This document shows positions 34,282 through 53,323 of a DNA stretch of 64,000 nt, in pieces. Where the stretch lies: assembly GCF_009914755.1 (NCBI RefSeq), contig NC_060944.1; one strand, written 5' to 3'. This stretch comes from the human T2T-CHM13v2.0 reference genome, Homo sapiens. Numbering within the stretch: position 1 is the first letter of the stretch; each line of letters begins with the position of its first letter. Below the pieces are notes generated by a model. It had not been told where the DNA came from and did no database searches. It saw only the letters and a list, made by a program, of their open reading frames with translations. The position numbers were made by a program, and so were the translations under genes.

Positions 34282-36453
34282 TCAATACAGTTTTGTAATT
34301 ATTGCTTTATGAAATTGTCTTTTAAAACAAATAGAAGAAAAAGTTACAAACAAAAAATGCCTATACACTGCCTTTTAATTTACCTGTGTAGTTCGCCTTT
34401 ACTGATATTCTTTACTTCTTCATATTTATTCAAATTGTTGTGTAGTGTTCTTTTATATTAGCCTGAAGGACTCCCTTTAGTATTTCTTACGTGACAGGCC
34501 TGTTAGCAACAAATTCTGTCTCTTTTTTTTTAAATATAGGAAGTTCTTATTTTTCCTTCAGTTTCGAATGATAGTTTTGCTGGATATAGAATTTTTAGTT
34601 GACAGTCATTGTCTTTCAGTGTTCTGAATATGTCATTCCATTGACTTTGGCATCCATACTTTCTGACAAGAAGTCATCTAAATTAATCTTATTGAGGATC
34701 CTTTGTATGTGATGAATCACTTTTCTCTGGATGCTCTCAAGGTTCTCTCTTTGTCTTTGGGTTTTCACCATTTAATTATGGTGTGTCTAGGCATGGCTAT
34801 TTGAGTTTATCCTACTTGGAGTTCACTGAGCTTCTTGGATGTGTAGATGAATTTTTTTTGTAACATTTTGGAAGTTTTTGCCCATTATTTCTTCAAATAT
34901 TCTTATCGCCTTCTCTTCTCTACTTCTGAGACTCCCATGGTGTGTGTGTTGGTACACTTGATGGTGTCTTACACGTCCCTAAGGCTCTGTTCATTTTTCT
35001 TAATTCTTTTGAAAAATTTTTCTCAGACTGGAAAACCTCAATGGATTAATCTTAAAGGCTGCCTTATTTTTTATCTTTCCTGCTCAAATCTGCTGTTAAA
35101 ATTCTCTAGTGAAGTTGTCATTCCACTTCTTATACTTTTCAATTCCAGAATTTCCATTTTATCGATATTTTCTATTTGGTGAGACATTATTCTTATACTT
35201 TCCTTTAGTTCTTTAGACATGATTTCTTTTGTTTTTTGAATATATTTAAAAGAGCTAATTTAAAGGCTTTGTCTATTAAGTGCAATGTCTGTGCTTCCTC
35301 AGGCACAGTTTCTGTTGACCACTTCTTTCCTGTATATGGGCCATACTTTCTTGTTTCTATGCATGTCTTGAAAGTTTGTTGTTGTTGTTGTTGTTGTTTG
35401 AAAACAGGACATTCTAAATAACATGTGACAACTCTGGAAATCAGATTCTTGCTTCTTCCTAGGGTTTGTTGTTTTTGCTGTTTGTTATTGTTGTCATTAT
35501 TTGTTTATTTGGTGACTTTCCTGGACTAATTCTTAAAGTCTGTATTTTTTATTGTGTGTGACCACTGAAGCCTCTGCTCAGGTTAGCTTAGTGATCAGTT
35601 ATCGATCAGGCAGAAATTTCCTTAAATGTCCAGAACCAGTAAGTCTCCCAGTCTTTGTTAAGGGGCTCTGTTTGCATGCTGGGGCACACTTTCAATACTC
35701 GGCCAAGCAATTTGTAACTCTGGTTTAGTCTTCACTGTCTGCTTGCAGAGAGCCTGAAGGTCAGCCAGAGGTGAGTGCTTAGGCCCTTCTCATGTCTTTC
35801 TTGATCATGTACACAGCCCTACACATATGTATGGCCTTCTTTTCAAAACCCACTATGGAATTTCTTTCTCTAGGTTTTCCTTTTAAGCTTTTTGGTTAGC
35901 TTGTTGTTTTCCCAAACTGTTATCTTCCCTTCAGGCATGTACAATGTTAAATAATTCTGCATATTGTTTTTGACAAAAGCCCCCAAAGGGGGAAAAAAGA
36001 ATGTTCACAATGGATGAACTCTGAGTCAGGTCAAATAAAGACATGGCTTGTGAGTGGGATTTTGCAGGGGGCTTCCAGACAGGTCAAATAATGACAATTC
36101 TCTGAGAATGGAGGTTTAAAGGAGCTCCAGCCCCCTTCTAACTTCTCCAGGGGCTGGTAGGCTATTGGTTATTCCTGTGATTATAGGCTGTTAGGTTTCA
36201 AGGTTACTGTGGGCTGAAGAGCAGGAATGGGTTGAGGTCAAGTTAAAATGTCACAAAGCTCAAGGTTCTTATGAAGATTCATTGTTTTCCTTCAATAAAT
36301 GCTCCTCAGATTGCTGTAAGCTTTGATTTGTTTCTAGAGTTCTGAAATAGTTGGTTCTGACAAATTCTGCCAGTGTTCTCATTGCTTTTATGGAAGAAAG
36401 AATTTTTGGAAGTTCTCACTTTGCCATTTTTTGATAATGTCACTTCTTTGTAG

Positions 36454-36785
<332 letters not shown>

Positions 36786-37150
36786 TCCATCCCGTGGTTT
36801 TTAATGCCACTGTTAATATTCTCCAGCCAAATACCACCATGCATATCCTATATTTGAACAAAGTTGAGTTTATTGACCTTGCAACAAGAGAGACCACACA
36901 CCTGGGGGAACTGTGAGGCACCTCATGAGAGGTATCACGAAGGATCCATTACAGGATTTGTGTCAAGTGATTTTGAGGAGATTTCAAAGAAGCAAGGCTT
37001 TTCTCTGAAGTGGAAGCTTTCTGGAAGTGGAGGAAATTCTGTGATTGGATATTTTAATAAATCTTGTTTAGAAAGTGGGAAGAATGAAGTGCGATTAAAG
37101 CTGAAATTGGTAAGGAAGCAGCAGCCACCCTCATTAGCTAGCATATTGGG

Positions 37151-37658
37151 TATAGTAGGCTGAATAATGGCTGCCAAAGATATCAGGTCCTAATCCCTGA
37201 AACCTGTGAATGCTGCCTTAGATGGAAAAGTTGTCTTTGCAGATTAAATTAAGGGTCTTGAGATTGGGGAGATTATCAGGGTGGGTCCTAAATATGATCA
37301 TAAGTGTCTTTATAAGAGAGAGACAGAAGAAAACTCTCTCTCTCTCTCTCTCTCTCTCAGGAGAAGGCAATATGAAGATAGAGACAATGGAGATTTTAAA
37401 ACGTTGATTGGTGGAGACTGGAAAGTTGTGGTCAGAAGCCAAGGAATGCTGACAGCCACCATAAACTGGAAGAGGTGAGGAATGGATTCTTTCCAAGAGC
37501 CTCTGGGGAGGGAGTGCAGACCTGCAGACACATTAATTTTGACCCAGTGATACTGATTTCAAACTCTGACTTTCAGAGCTGTGAGAAAACATATTTCTGT
37601 TGTTTCAAGCCATGAAGATTGAGGTAATTTGGTATAGCAGCCTTAGGTAACTAATACA
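37151..37658 (+). mobile_element. MLT1D-like solo LTR with internal (CT)n
   Basis: aggctgaataatggctgccaaagatatcaggtcctaatccc...aactaataca. Confidence 0.85.
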
Positions 37659-37716
37659 GAGGGTGTTTGTTCATTTTTGTGGTTTGGACAATGTCCTTAT
37701 ATTTGCATTAGTTAAT

Positions 37717-38411
<695 letters not shown>

Positions 38412-38639
38412 TAGCTTTTGTCTTGCTCCAGTGCAGTTACATAATGGACCTGTCTGATGTTGGTGTTCTGCAAGATTGTTTATGTCCAACAAGAAAACAC
38501 CAGGGCCCAACCATGGGTGCCAGGTAAGCTTCCCAATGCCAGGGGCTGCTTTTCTCTTTTTCACTACAAAGTCTTTATTCATCAGATAAATGTTCATTTT
38601 AGGTTGTCTTTAAGGGTTTTAACCAATTTATTTATTGAT

Positions 38640-39251
<612 letters not shown>

Positions 39252-39655
39252 CCAATTCTTTTTTTAAACATTAAAATATTCAATCCAGCTGCCGTTTATT
39301 TTGGAGTGGGGGATGGAGTGAGAAGTATGTGGCCTCAGGTAGAGGGCATGAGGTTCAAAGTGATTATAGGGGTGTTGGCGCTGAACTTGCTGAGGTCTTC
39401 ATGGACCTGGGTGGTTGACCTGGCAGCCTGCTATGGTCTCAATGTTTATGTTCCCCGCAAATTTGTATGTTAAAATCCTCAGCCCCAAGGTATTAAAAAG
39501 TAGGGCCTTTGGAAGGTGATTTGTTCATGGAGGCAGAGTCCTCATCAATGGAATTAGTGCTCTTACAAAAAAGCCCTGAGAGAAACCTCTCACCCCTTCC
39601 ACCGCGTGAAGACACAGCAAGAAGGTGTCATCTATAAAGTAGAAAGTGGGCCCTC

Positions 39656-40560
39656 GGGGAGGAGCCAAGATGGCCGAATAGGAACAGCTCCGGTCTACAG
39701 CTCCCAGCGTGAGCGACGCAGAAGACGGGTGTTTTCTGCATTTCCATCTGAGGTACCGGGTTTATCTCACTAGGGAGTGCCAGACAGTGGGCGCAGGCCA
39801 GTGGGTGCACGCACCGTGCGCGAGCCGAAGCAGGGCGAGGCATTGCCTCACCTGGGAAGCGCAAGGGGTCAGGGAGTTCCCTTTCTGAGTCAAAGAAAGG
39901 GGTGATGGACGCACCTGGAAAATCGGGTCACTCCCACCCGAATATTGCGCTTTTCAGACCGGCTTAAAAAATGGCGCACCACGAGACTATATCCCACACC
40001 TGGCTCGGAGGGTCCTACGCCCACGGAGTCTCGCTGATTGCTAGCACAGCAGTCTGAGATCAAACTGCAAGGCGACAACGAGGCTGGGGGAGGGGCGCCC
40101 GCCATTGCCCAGGCTTGCTTAGGTAAACGAAGCAGCCGGGAAGCTCGAACTGGGTGGAGCCCACCACAGCTCAAGGGGGCCTGCCTGCCTCTGTAGGCTC
40201 CACCTCTGGGGGCAGGGCACAGACAAACAAAAAGACAGCAGTAACCTCTGCAGACTTAAATGTCCCTGTCTGACAGCTTTGAAGAGAGCAGTGGTTCTCC
40301 CAGCACGCAGCTGGAGATCTGAGAACGGGCAGACTGCCTCCTCAAGTGGGTCCCTGACCCCTGACCCCCGAGCAGCCTAACTCGGAGGCACCCCCCAGCA
40401 GGGGCACACTGACACCTCACACTGCAGGGTATTCCAACAGACCTGCAGCTGAGGGTCCTGTCTGTTAGAAGGAAAACTAACAAACAGAAAGGACATCCAC
40501 ACCGAAAACCCATCTGTACATCACCATCATCAAAGACCAAAAGTAGATAAAACCACAAAG
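39656..40560 (+). promoter_or_regulatory. L1 5' UTR, CpG-rich, with sense and antisense promoter
   Basis: Intact YY1 site (aagatggcc) and many retained CpGs. Confidence 0.8.
39890..40105 (-). CDS. ORF0: L1 ORF0, 71 aa, intact
   Basis: MAGAPPPASLSPCSLISDCCASNQRDSVGVGPSEPGVGYSLVVRHFLSRSEKRNIRVGVTRFSRCVHHPFL; ATG at 40103-40105. Confidence 0.8.
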   Translation of the reverse strand: MAGAPPPASLSPCSLISDCCASNQRDSVGVGPSEPGVGYSLVVRHFLSRSEKRNIRVGVTRFSRCVHHPFL

Positions 40561-41577
40561 ATGGGGAAAAAACAGAACAGAAAAACTGGAAACTCTAAAA
40601 CGCAGAGCGCCTCTCCTCCTCCAAAGGAACGCAGTTCCTCACCAGCAACGGAACAAAGCTGGATGGAGAATGATTTTGACGAGCTGAGAGAAGAAGGCTT
40701 CAGACGATCAAATTACTCTGAGCTACGGGAGGACATTCAAACCAAAGGCAAAGAAGTTGAAAACTTTGAAAAAAATTTAGAAGAATATATAACTAGAATA
40801 ACCAATACTGAGAAGTGCTTAAAGGAGCTGATGGAGCTGAAAACCAAGGCTCGAGAACTACGTGAAGAATGCAGAAGCCTCAGGAGCCGATGCGATCAAC
40901 TGGAAGAAAGGGTATCAGCAATGGAAGATGAAATGAATGAAATGAAGCGAGAAGGGAAGTTTAGAGAAAAAAGAATAAAAAGAAATGAGCAAAGCCTCCA
41001 AGAAATATGGGACTATGTGAAAAGACCAAATCTACGTCTGATTGGTGTACCTGAAAGTGATGCGGAGAATGGAACCAAGTTGGAAAACACTCTGCAGGAT
41101 ATTATCCAGGAGAACTTCCCCAATCTAGCAAGGCAGGCCAACGTTCAGATTCAGGAAATACAGAGAACGCCACAAAGATACTCCTCGAGAAGAGCAACTC
41201 CAAGACACATAATTGTCAGATTCACCAAAGTTGAAATGAAGGAAAAAATGTTAAGGGCAGCCAGAGAGAAAGGTCGGGTTACCCTCAAAGGGAAGCCCAT
41301 CAGACTAACAGCGGATCTCTCGGCAGAAACCCTACAAGCCAGAAGAGAGTGGGGGCCAATATTCAACATTCTTAAAGAAAAGAATTTTCAACCCAGAATT
41401 TCATATCCAGCCAAACTAAGCTTCATAAGTGAAGGATAAATAAAATACTTTACAGACAAGCAAATGCTGAGAGATTTTGTCACCACCAAGCCTGCCCTAA
41501 AAGAGCTCCTGAAGGAAGCACTAAACATGGAAAGGAACAACCGGTACCAGCCGCTGCAAAATCATGCCAAAATGTAA
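40561..41577 (+). pseudogene. L1 ORF1: L1 ORF1p with premature stop at codon 293
   Basis: MGKKQNRKTGNSK...; GAA>TAA at 41437-41439; natural stop at 41575-41577. Confidence 0.95.
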
Positions 41578-41613
41578 AGACCATCGAGACTAGGAAGAAA
41601 CTGCATCAACTAA

Positions 41614-45465
<3,852 letters not shown>

Positions 45466-46794
45466 ACAATGAGATCACCTGGACACATGAAGGGGAATAC
45501 CACACTCTGGAGACTGTGGTGGGGTGGGGGGAGGGGGGAGGGATAGCATTGGGAGATATACCTAAGGCTAGATGACGAGTTAGTGGGTGCAGCGCACCAG
45601 CATGGCACATGTATACATATGTAACTAACCTGCACAATGTGCACATGTACCCTAAAACTTAAAGTATAAAAAAAAAAATGCAAATAAATGTGAAGATGAA
45701 AAAAAAAAAAAAAAAAAAGAAAGTGGGCCCTCACCAGACACCAAATCTGCTGGTGCCTTCATCTTGGACTTCCAGCCTTCAGAACGGTGAGAAATAAATT
45801 TCAGTTATAAGCCACCCAATTTATGGTATTTTGCTCTAGGAGCCCAAAAGGATCAAGACACAGGTGTGAGTTTGGCTTATGCCAATTGTTTTTAATTCCC
45901 CTCAAGCTGACTTGTACATAGAAATGACCTCAGAACAACCACTCAGAGCATCTGGGGAGTCATTCCTTTCCTCTTCCTTGTTGTTTTTGATGGAAGGAAA
46001 AGTGTCAGGCCCATTGAAGTTACCACGTGCCATGGCTGTGAGTGCCTTCACTACTTGGAGTAGGCTCATCAGTAGACAACCCTCCCAGAGCTCTACGTGC
46101 AGCCGGCATCTGCGCGGTCTGTTAGGGTAAGTGCAGTTCAGGATCAATTATGGATGAGGCTCCACAGCAGATGAGTAAGTGGGCTGTTGTCTACTTTGAA
46201 AAATTAATGGGATCTGATTAATACGGGAGAACAGTCCCTCTCTTCCTCAACCCAGAGAGGCTCAGATCTCTGTGGAAGCTTGAGGGTTTGGCGGTTGGGG
46301 AGGAGGGAGCTCCTGTGTCTGTGGGTGTCAGGTTTGATTCATAGGATCATGCTTTGGAATTTTCTGCTCCTTTGACAGATGAGGCTGCTGAATTCCATCA
46401 AGGTGAATCAATTTGCCCAGACAGGTAGAAGGAAAGAGAATAGTCAATTAGTATTATTTTAAAAACTTAATTCTCATATGGAAAATTAAAAACATTTACA
46501 GAAGTAGAGAGAGATCGATATCATGTAGCCATTCTCAAACTTTTTGGTCTTAGGAATGTTTTATAATTTCAAAAAATTATTGAGGACCTCAAGGGGCTTT
46601 TGTTTATTTGAGGTGCATCTATTGATATTAACCATATTAGACGTTAAAACTCAGACACTTAAACATATTTATTAACTCATTTAAAAAAACAATAATCCTA
46701 TTACATGTTAACACCAGTAACTTTTTTGTTTTTGACACTTTATGTCTACTATAAGCTTTCAGATGACAATTATACGTTCTCCATTAGATTTGCT

Positions 46795-47640
46795 TTTATT
46801 TCATTTTTATTGTAGTAAAATATATATAACAGAAAGTTTACCATTTTAACCTTCTTCTTTTTTTTTTTTTTTTTTTTTGAGACACAGCCTTGCTCTGTTG
46901 CCCAAGCTGGAGTGGGCAACAACCCATCCACCTTGGCCTCCCAAAGTGCTGGGATTACAGGTATGCACCACTGTGCCTCACCCCATTTTAACCATTTTTA
47001 AATGTACAGTTCAGTGGCGTTGAGTACACTCCCATTGTGCAACCATCACTGTTATCCATTTCCGGAAACTTTTCATCATCTCACACTGAAACTCTGTACC
47101 CATTAGCAACTCTCCATCCGCCTTCCCCCAGCCTCTTATGAATACTGTTCTACTTTCTGTCTCTATGATTTTCACTACTCTGGGTATTTCATATAAGTGG
47201 AATGATGTCATGTTTGTTCTTTTGTGAATGACTTATTTCACTTATCATAATGTCCTCAAGATTCATCCACATACTGTAGCCCATGTCTGAATTGCCTTCC
47301 TTTTTGAAACTGAATATTCCTTGTATGTGTACACCACCGAGTGATCCTCCATTGACAAGAGGCTGTGGCTGTTTCCACCTTTCGGCTGTTGTGAATGCAA
47401 ACATTGGTGTACAAAGATACGTTTGAGACCCCGCTTTCAGTTCTTTTGTGTGTTTACCCAGAAGCGGAATTGCTGAATCACACGGTAATTCTGATGTTTC
47501 TGTTTTTGAGGAATCGTCCCACTGTTTTCCATCGTGACTGGAGCATTTTACATTCTCACCAACAGTGTGCATGTGTACCAATTTCTTCACATGCACTCCA
47601 ACACACGTTTTCTGTTTTTCTTAATAGCAATCCCAATAAA
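46795..47640 (-). mobile_element. L1MB-like 3' end containing an internally deleted Alu (46858-46983)
   Basis: Minus-strand ORF reads ELPCDSAIPLLG...MNLEDIMISEISHSQK (L1 ORF2 C-terminus). Confidence 0.85.
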
Positions 47641-47892
47641 TGTTAAATACATTCTTAATTTAAAAACCCCAATATTTCCCAAACAAAAAAATTAGTGAGA
47701 AAAAGACATTGTATTACATTTTGTAAATCTTGAATGCCTGGCTTAATGGGCAGCTGGATTCTCATATCTGCTTTTTCATTTAATCTTTGTGACATCACAT
47801 GCTGTGTGGCCTCTAGAAAACTCCACAGTACCCTCATGGGAGAAGGAAAGGGAGAAACGCAAATGACATGCTAGTATTATTAGGAAAATAGG

Positions 47893-48187
<295 letters not shown>

Positions 48188-48511
48188 AGGAAAATAGTTT
48201 TGATTTTGTGGACTTCAGCTTTAATTATCAACTCAGGGTCAATCTCGTTTCATCTCTTCTCCCTCTTGCCTCCCCTCTTCATTAGTTTGGAGCAAACCTA
48301 TAACCATCAGTTACTATCAGCATTGCATTAGGCGCGGTCCTGTATCCTTTTCCTAACTGTCATAAGAAATCCACTTTATTAGCAGCTATGAGTATCTGGT
48401 TGTTCACACGAGGAAACCAGGCTTTGGGAACATTGGGAGATTTTCTCAGGTTCACACTGGAGAAGCTGAGGGCACACAGGCTGGAGCCCAGGTCAGATAT
48501 TTATTATACCG

Positions 48512-48853
<342 letters not shown>

Positions 48854-49134
48854 TAAGACCATGAGCACTATTGGGTTGGCCTTCTGTCTGTGTCTTTTTC
48901 CCACTGGGACTTTAGGAAAAGCTCTTGTTTTCCTCCCTGCCTCCATCTCTCACATGTGGGTGCTCTTTTGGTAGGTTTTTGAGTAGCCCTCTAGCTAGGC
49001 CTCGCGCAGGCTCCTGGACAGATAGCTGAACTGGATGCTGCTGTTTGAAGCAATTCTGGATCATTTGTTTGGACTGGATCTGGATCATGAGTGGAGACAC
49101 CTCTATTCACTGTCGAATTAATGGAGTCCACACA

Positions 49135-49290
49135 ATGCAGGATCTGAGGTCATCCAGTCCTGACTGCCTCCCAAGACTGAAACCCTCTCTAAAACACTCT
49201 GCCCAAAGGTCATCTGACCTCTGCTTGTATACCTCCAGTGACGGGGAACTCACTACCTACCTCAGCAGACAGCCAGACCATAGATGGTGC
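49135..49290 (-). mobile_element. L3/CR1 fragment
   Basis: ctctgcttgtatacctccagtgacggggaactcactacct. Confidence 0.6.
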
Positions 49291-50745
49291 TCTTATTGTT
49301 AGAAAGCTCCACTCACATTGCATAACATTGCAGGAACAACCTGGATTCACGCTGTGGTGGGAAAAACTCACACTGGGAGTTGAGATTCCTGGGTATGAGA
49401 TTGGGGTCACTGTGGTTAAGTCCCATCCCCTTGAAGGGTTTCAGTTTCTTCGCTGTGAAGAGCACTTATCTCTGGTTCCTTTCACCACTAACATTCTGAT
49501 GTATTTTCTAATTTAGCCACCTATTCTAGAGGAGCAGTATTGAAGGGCTTGGAGAAACCGAGTGCTCTCTAAGTGTGGCCCTCACCATCCTTCCTGGTGC
49601 GCTATCTCCAGCCGTGCATCCGAAAACATCCCAGTCTGCCCCTGGCCTCTGCATGGAGCCTGACCCCCAACACAGACCTCTCAAGAGGTTCTGGATTCAC
49701 TGGTGCTGCTACAGCCCTGAGCAAAAACACAGCTGTTTCGTTTACCACCCCACCCCAACATAAGCTGTCCTCAGACTTTACAAAGACTTAGGGATTGCAC
49801 AGTCCACAAGACTTTCAATGCCTTTGCCCTGTATCTCAACTAACTTTCAAATAGAGGGACCTTCTTATAGGAAGAAGAAGGAAAAATCAAGTGGAAAAAC
49901 ACCTTGATCAGGTAATTGAAGGAGAACTGGGGCTCAGGCTGCCACTTGGTTTGGAAAGGGTGTGGAGGTGGCTAATCTGGCCCTGGCCTAAGAGCAATTC
50001 CAGGCTGGCAGGCTGGACCGCCTGTCTCCATAGCAACTGTTGTTATTGGTAACTGAATAACCATTTCCTAGAACAGCGGCTGGAGCTGCTGATGGTTTTC
50101 CCTTCTACTTGGAAGCGAGAGGAGCCAGGCTCTTTGCTGATTGATCCTAAGTGCTGAGCTCTTTGCTGATTGGGATCTTCACTTGATATTGGGCAAGCTG
50201 AAGCCACCCTTCTGTTTTATCTCTGACCTCTGCCAGCAGAGAGGGTGGGACAAACTGACTTAATGTCTATTTTCCGGCTTCCTCTGAGAGGTTGAGAAAG
50301 GTGCTCAAGGGCATTTAGCTAGCAAGATCTAGAACTTGAACTTTGCCCTGTCTGATTCTGAAACCCATGCTCGTGACCACATGGCTGTTCTGACTCTGTC
50401 CCATTCCTCTGAGATCTCATGAAAACCTGATTAGCCCTTTCTCATGACACCATGAGCTGTCTAATTATTTGTGAGGACAGGTAGCATCTTACAGTGATCC
50501 ATGGTCTGCACAAAGGCTGTTCTAGAAGCTGTCTTACTTGATTATCCTGCAGTGGTGTCAGTGGGACCTTAAAATGCTGTAGCCCTAGAGTTATTAGGGT
50601 CATGCTCACTGAGGCCATTGCCTCAAACTTCCGGCTCTCCCCCTGCACTCTCCCTCCATCCTGGGGAGTGATAGGTGGTGGAGCAGACCTGGCTACAGGA
50701 GTGAATTCCAGATCACTTTCATGGAGGCACTTAGGCTATTGTGTT

Positions 50746-51042
50746 TGTTACTAAGCCAAAGGAGCTTGCTGCCCAATGCACTAGAAGCCAATACTATGAC
50801 ACTGGGTTTTTGAGAAACAAAAAGCTTTTTAAGTCGACTAACAAGGAGACAGGAGTCCAGCTCAAATCTGTCTCCCTGTGCTGGCTTTCAGTCATTTCAT
50901 TAAAAAAGGTTGAGGGGGTAGATTCTGGGATTAGCGGATGATTGGTGGAAGGAAAGGGGAGGTCTGGAAAGTCCTCGGGCACGCGCAGTTCTCTCTCTAT
51001 GCTACCACATGTGCAAATTTGCGGGGAGTGTTCATGTGGAAC
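50746..51042 (-). mobile_element. ERV1-type LTR fragment
   Basis: tgttac...gaagccaatactatgacac...caaggagacaggagtccagctcaaatctgtctccc. Confidence 0.55.
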
Positions 51043-51639
51043 AGGCAGTGTTTCCTGTTTCCAGACCAGGCAAGGTGGCTCACAAATGGCTCTACGATCC
51101 AGAGAAAGTCAGCAGGGAGGGTTGTGATTTGTTATTATGAAAAATTAACAAATTACATCCTCAATGTGTTTAACTCCTATTCCCTTTGAAAAGGATCTTT
51201 GGGTACCTAATTGACATATTTTAAGAGACATATTGGCTAGTTAGACATCAATTGACATCCTCATTAAATATCAATTAACACATATCCTAACGTAATATTT
51301 AATTAGCTTGCTGTAGCTATTCTTTTAAAAGTCAATTAAATGCTTGGCATATTCTTACAAGCCGACTCCATTGATAGCAATTATGGATGAATTCCTGTCA
51401 TAAGTCATTTTTAGTGGATAGCAGGGCAAACTGATTCTGAATATACACATCAGGTCTTTCAAGAAGAATTTAAAAATCAATCATTAGATATCTAATGAAC
51501 CCTCTTCTCTGCTGATTGTGAATAAAAGGCATGTTCGGCTCTTGGACTGTAGTTTAGTGCATTTTCACATGATTGTTGGAACTCTAGGTCAAACAGAACA
51601 GACACCTGCCTCCAGGGAGAGTCGTGCTTCATTTGAAAA

Positions 51640-52590
51640 GAAAATTGTGGTAAAATAAACATAACATAAAATGTAGCATCTTAACCTTTTAAAAATGTAT
51701 AGTTCAGTAGAGTTAAGTACATTTGCATTGTACAACCAGTCTCCAGAACCGTTTTAATCTTGCAGTTCTGAAACTCTTGTACCCATTAAATAATGATTCC
51801 CTTTCCTCTCTCCCCTGAGCCCGGGCAACCACCATTCTAATTTCCATCTCTAGGAGTTTGACTACTTGAGGTGCCTCATATGGAATTATACAATATCTTG
51901 TGTGTGTGTGACTGGCTTATTTAACTTAGCATAATGTCCTCAAGGTTCATCCATTTTGTAGCATGCATTAGAATTTCCCTCCTTTTAAAGGCTGAGTAAT
52001 ACTGCATTGTATGTCTAGACCACATTTTGTTTATCCATTCATCTGTTAATGGACACTTGCATTGCTTCTACCTTTTGGCTATTTGGAATAATGCTGCTGT
52101 GAACACGGGTATACAGGTATCTCTTGGAGACCCTGCTTTCCATTCTTTGGGTACATACCCAGAAGTAGGATTGCTGGATCATAGAGTGTATTAGTCTGTT
52201 CCCATGCTGCTAGTAAAGACATACCTGAGACTGGATAATTTATAAAGGAAAGAGGTTTAATGGACTCACAGTTCCACATGGCTGAGTAGGCCTCATAATC
52301 ATGGCAGAAGGCAAGGAGGAGCAAGTCACGTCTTACACAGCGGGTGTCAGACAAACAGAGAGAACTTGTGCAGGGGAACTCCTCTTTATATAACCATCAG
52401 ATCTCTTGAGACTTATTCACTATCATGAGAACAGCACAGGAAAGACCCACCCCCATGATTCAGTTAACTCCCTCTGGGTCCCTCCCGTAACACGTGGGAA
52501 TTGTGGGAGCTATAATTCAAGATGAGATTTGGATGGGGACATAGCCAAACCATATCATAGAGTAATTCTATTTTGAGTTTTTTTTGTGGA
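51640..52590 (-). mobile_element. L1MB-like 3' end interrupted by THE1
   Basis: Typical antisense L1M 3' UTR and ORF2 end. Confidence 0.85.
52187..52557 (-). mobile_element. THE1 (B/C-like) solo LTR
   Basis: tgtattagtc...aaaccatatca; perfect TSD tagag. Confidence 0.93.
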
Positions 52591-52809
52591 CATTTTTAAG
52601 TTAATTTATTCAATGCACTCATTAAGCACCTGTGCTAGTGGACATTCTTAAAAAAGGTGAGCTCAGTCTGGTGAGCTGGCCGGCCCAGGAGTAAGCCTAA
52701 CCTGTTAGGGCTACTGCTGCAGTAGTGATAATGTGAGCCCAGATGGTGTGATCAGTGCATTTCTAACAGTGTGGCATGGATCAGGCATAGCAGGGAGGAG
52801 AGTCAACAC

Positions 52810-53323
52810 AGCTGGCCTGAGGCTGCATCCTCAGAAAGGTCTACTTGCAAGGTTGGCCCTTGGCTGGTGTCTGGGTACTTGGGTTTTGGGAGGATTCTGC
52901 CATTCCCGTAGCTGATAATAGTGGCTCACTGTGCCTAAACTGTTTGTAGGCATGTGCTGAGCCCCTACTTTCCTTCTGGGAGTCTGGAATTTCAGTACAT
53001 GTTAGGCAGAGTGTGCTTATATGACCTGTCCCAGTAGAAGCCGTGAGTATTGACTCTCTAATGAGCTTTCCTGGTAGGCAACACCTCACACATGTCAACA
53101 CCTGTCCCTGGGAGAATGAAGTGCATACTGTGTGACTCCACTGGGAGAGGACTCTGTGAAGATCGCACCTGGTTTTCTCTGGACTTTGTCCCATGTGCCT
53201 TTTCCCTTGGCTGATTGTTTCATATCTTTTTGCTGTCATGAATCACAGCCATTACTATGACTCTGCATTGAGTCCTGTGAGTCCTCCAGAGAATCATGGA
53301 AGTGTTCCTGGGGACCCCTGACA
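52810..53323 (+). mobile_element. MER21-like LTR
   Basis: gcaaggttggcccttggctgg...tgtgtgactccactgggagaggactc...gacccctgaca. Confidence 0.8.

Noticed and set aside
45907-46132. Possible plus-strand exon (acceptor-like cccctcaag, donor gg/gtaagt at ~46127)
   Set aside because: Splice-like motifs alone are common, and there is no coding signal or partner exon to support it.
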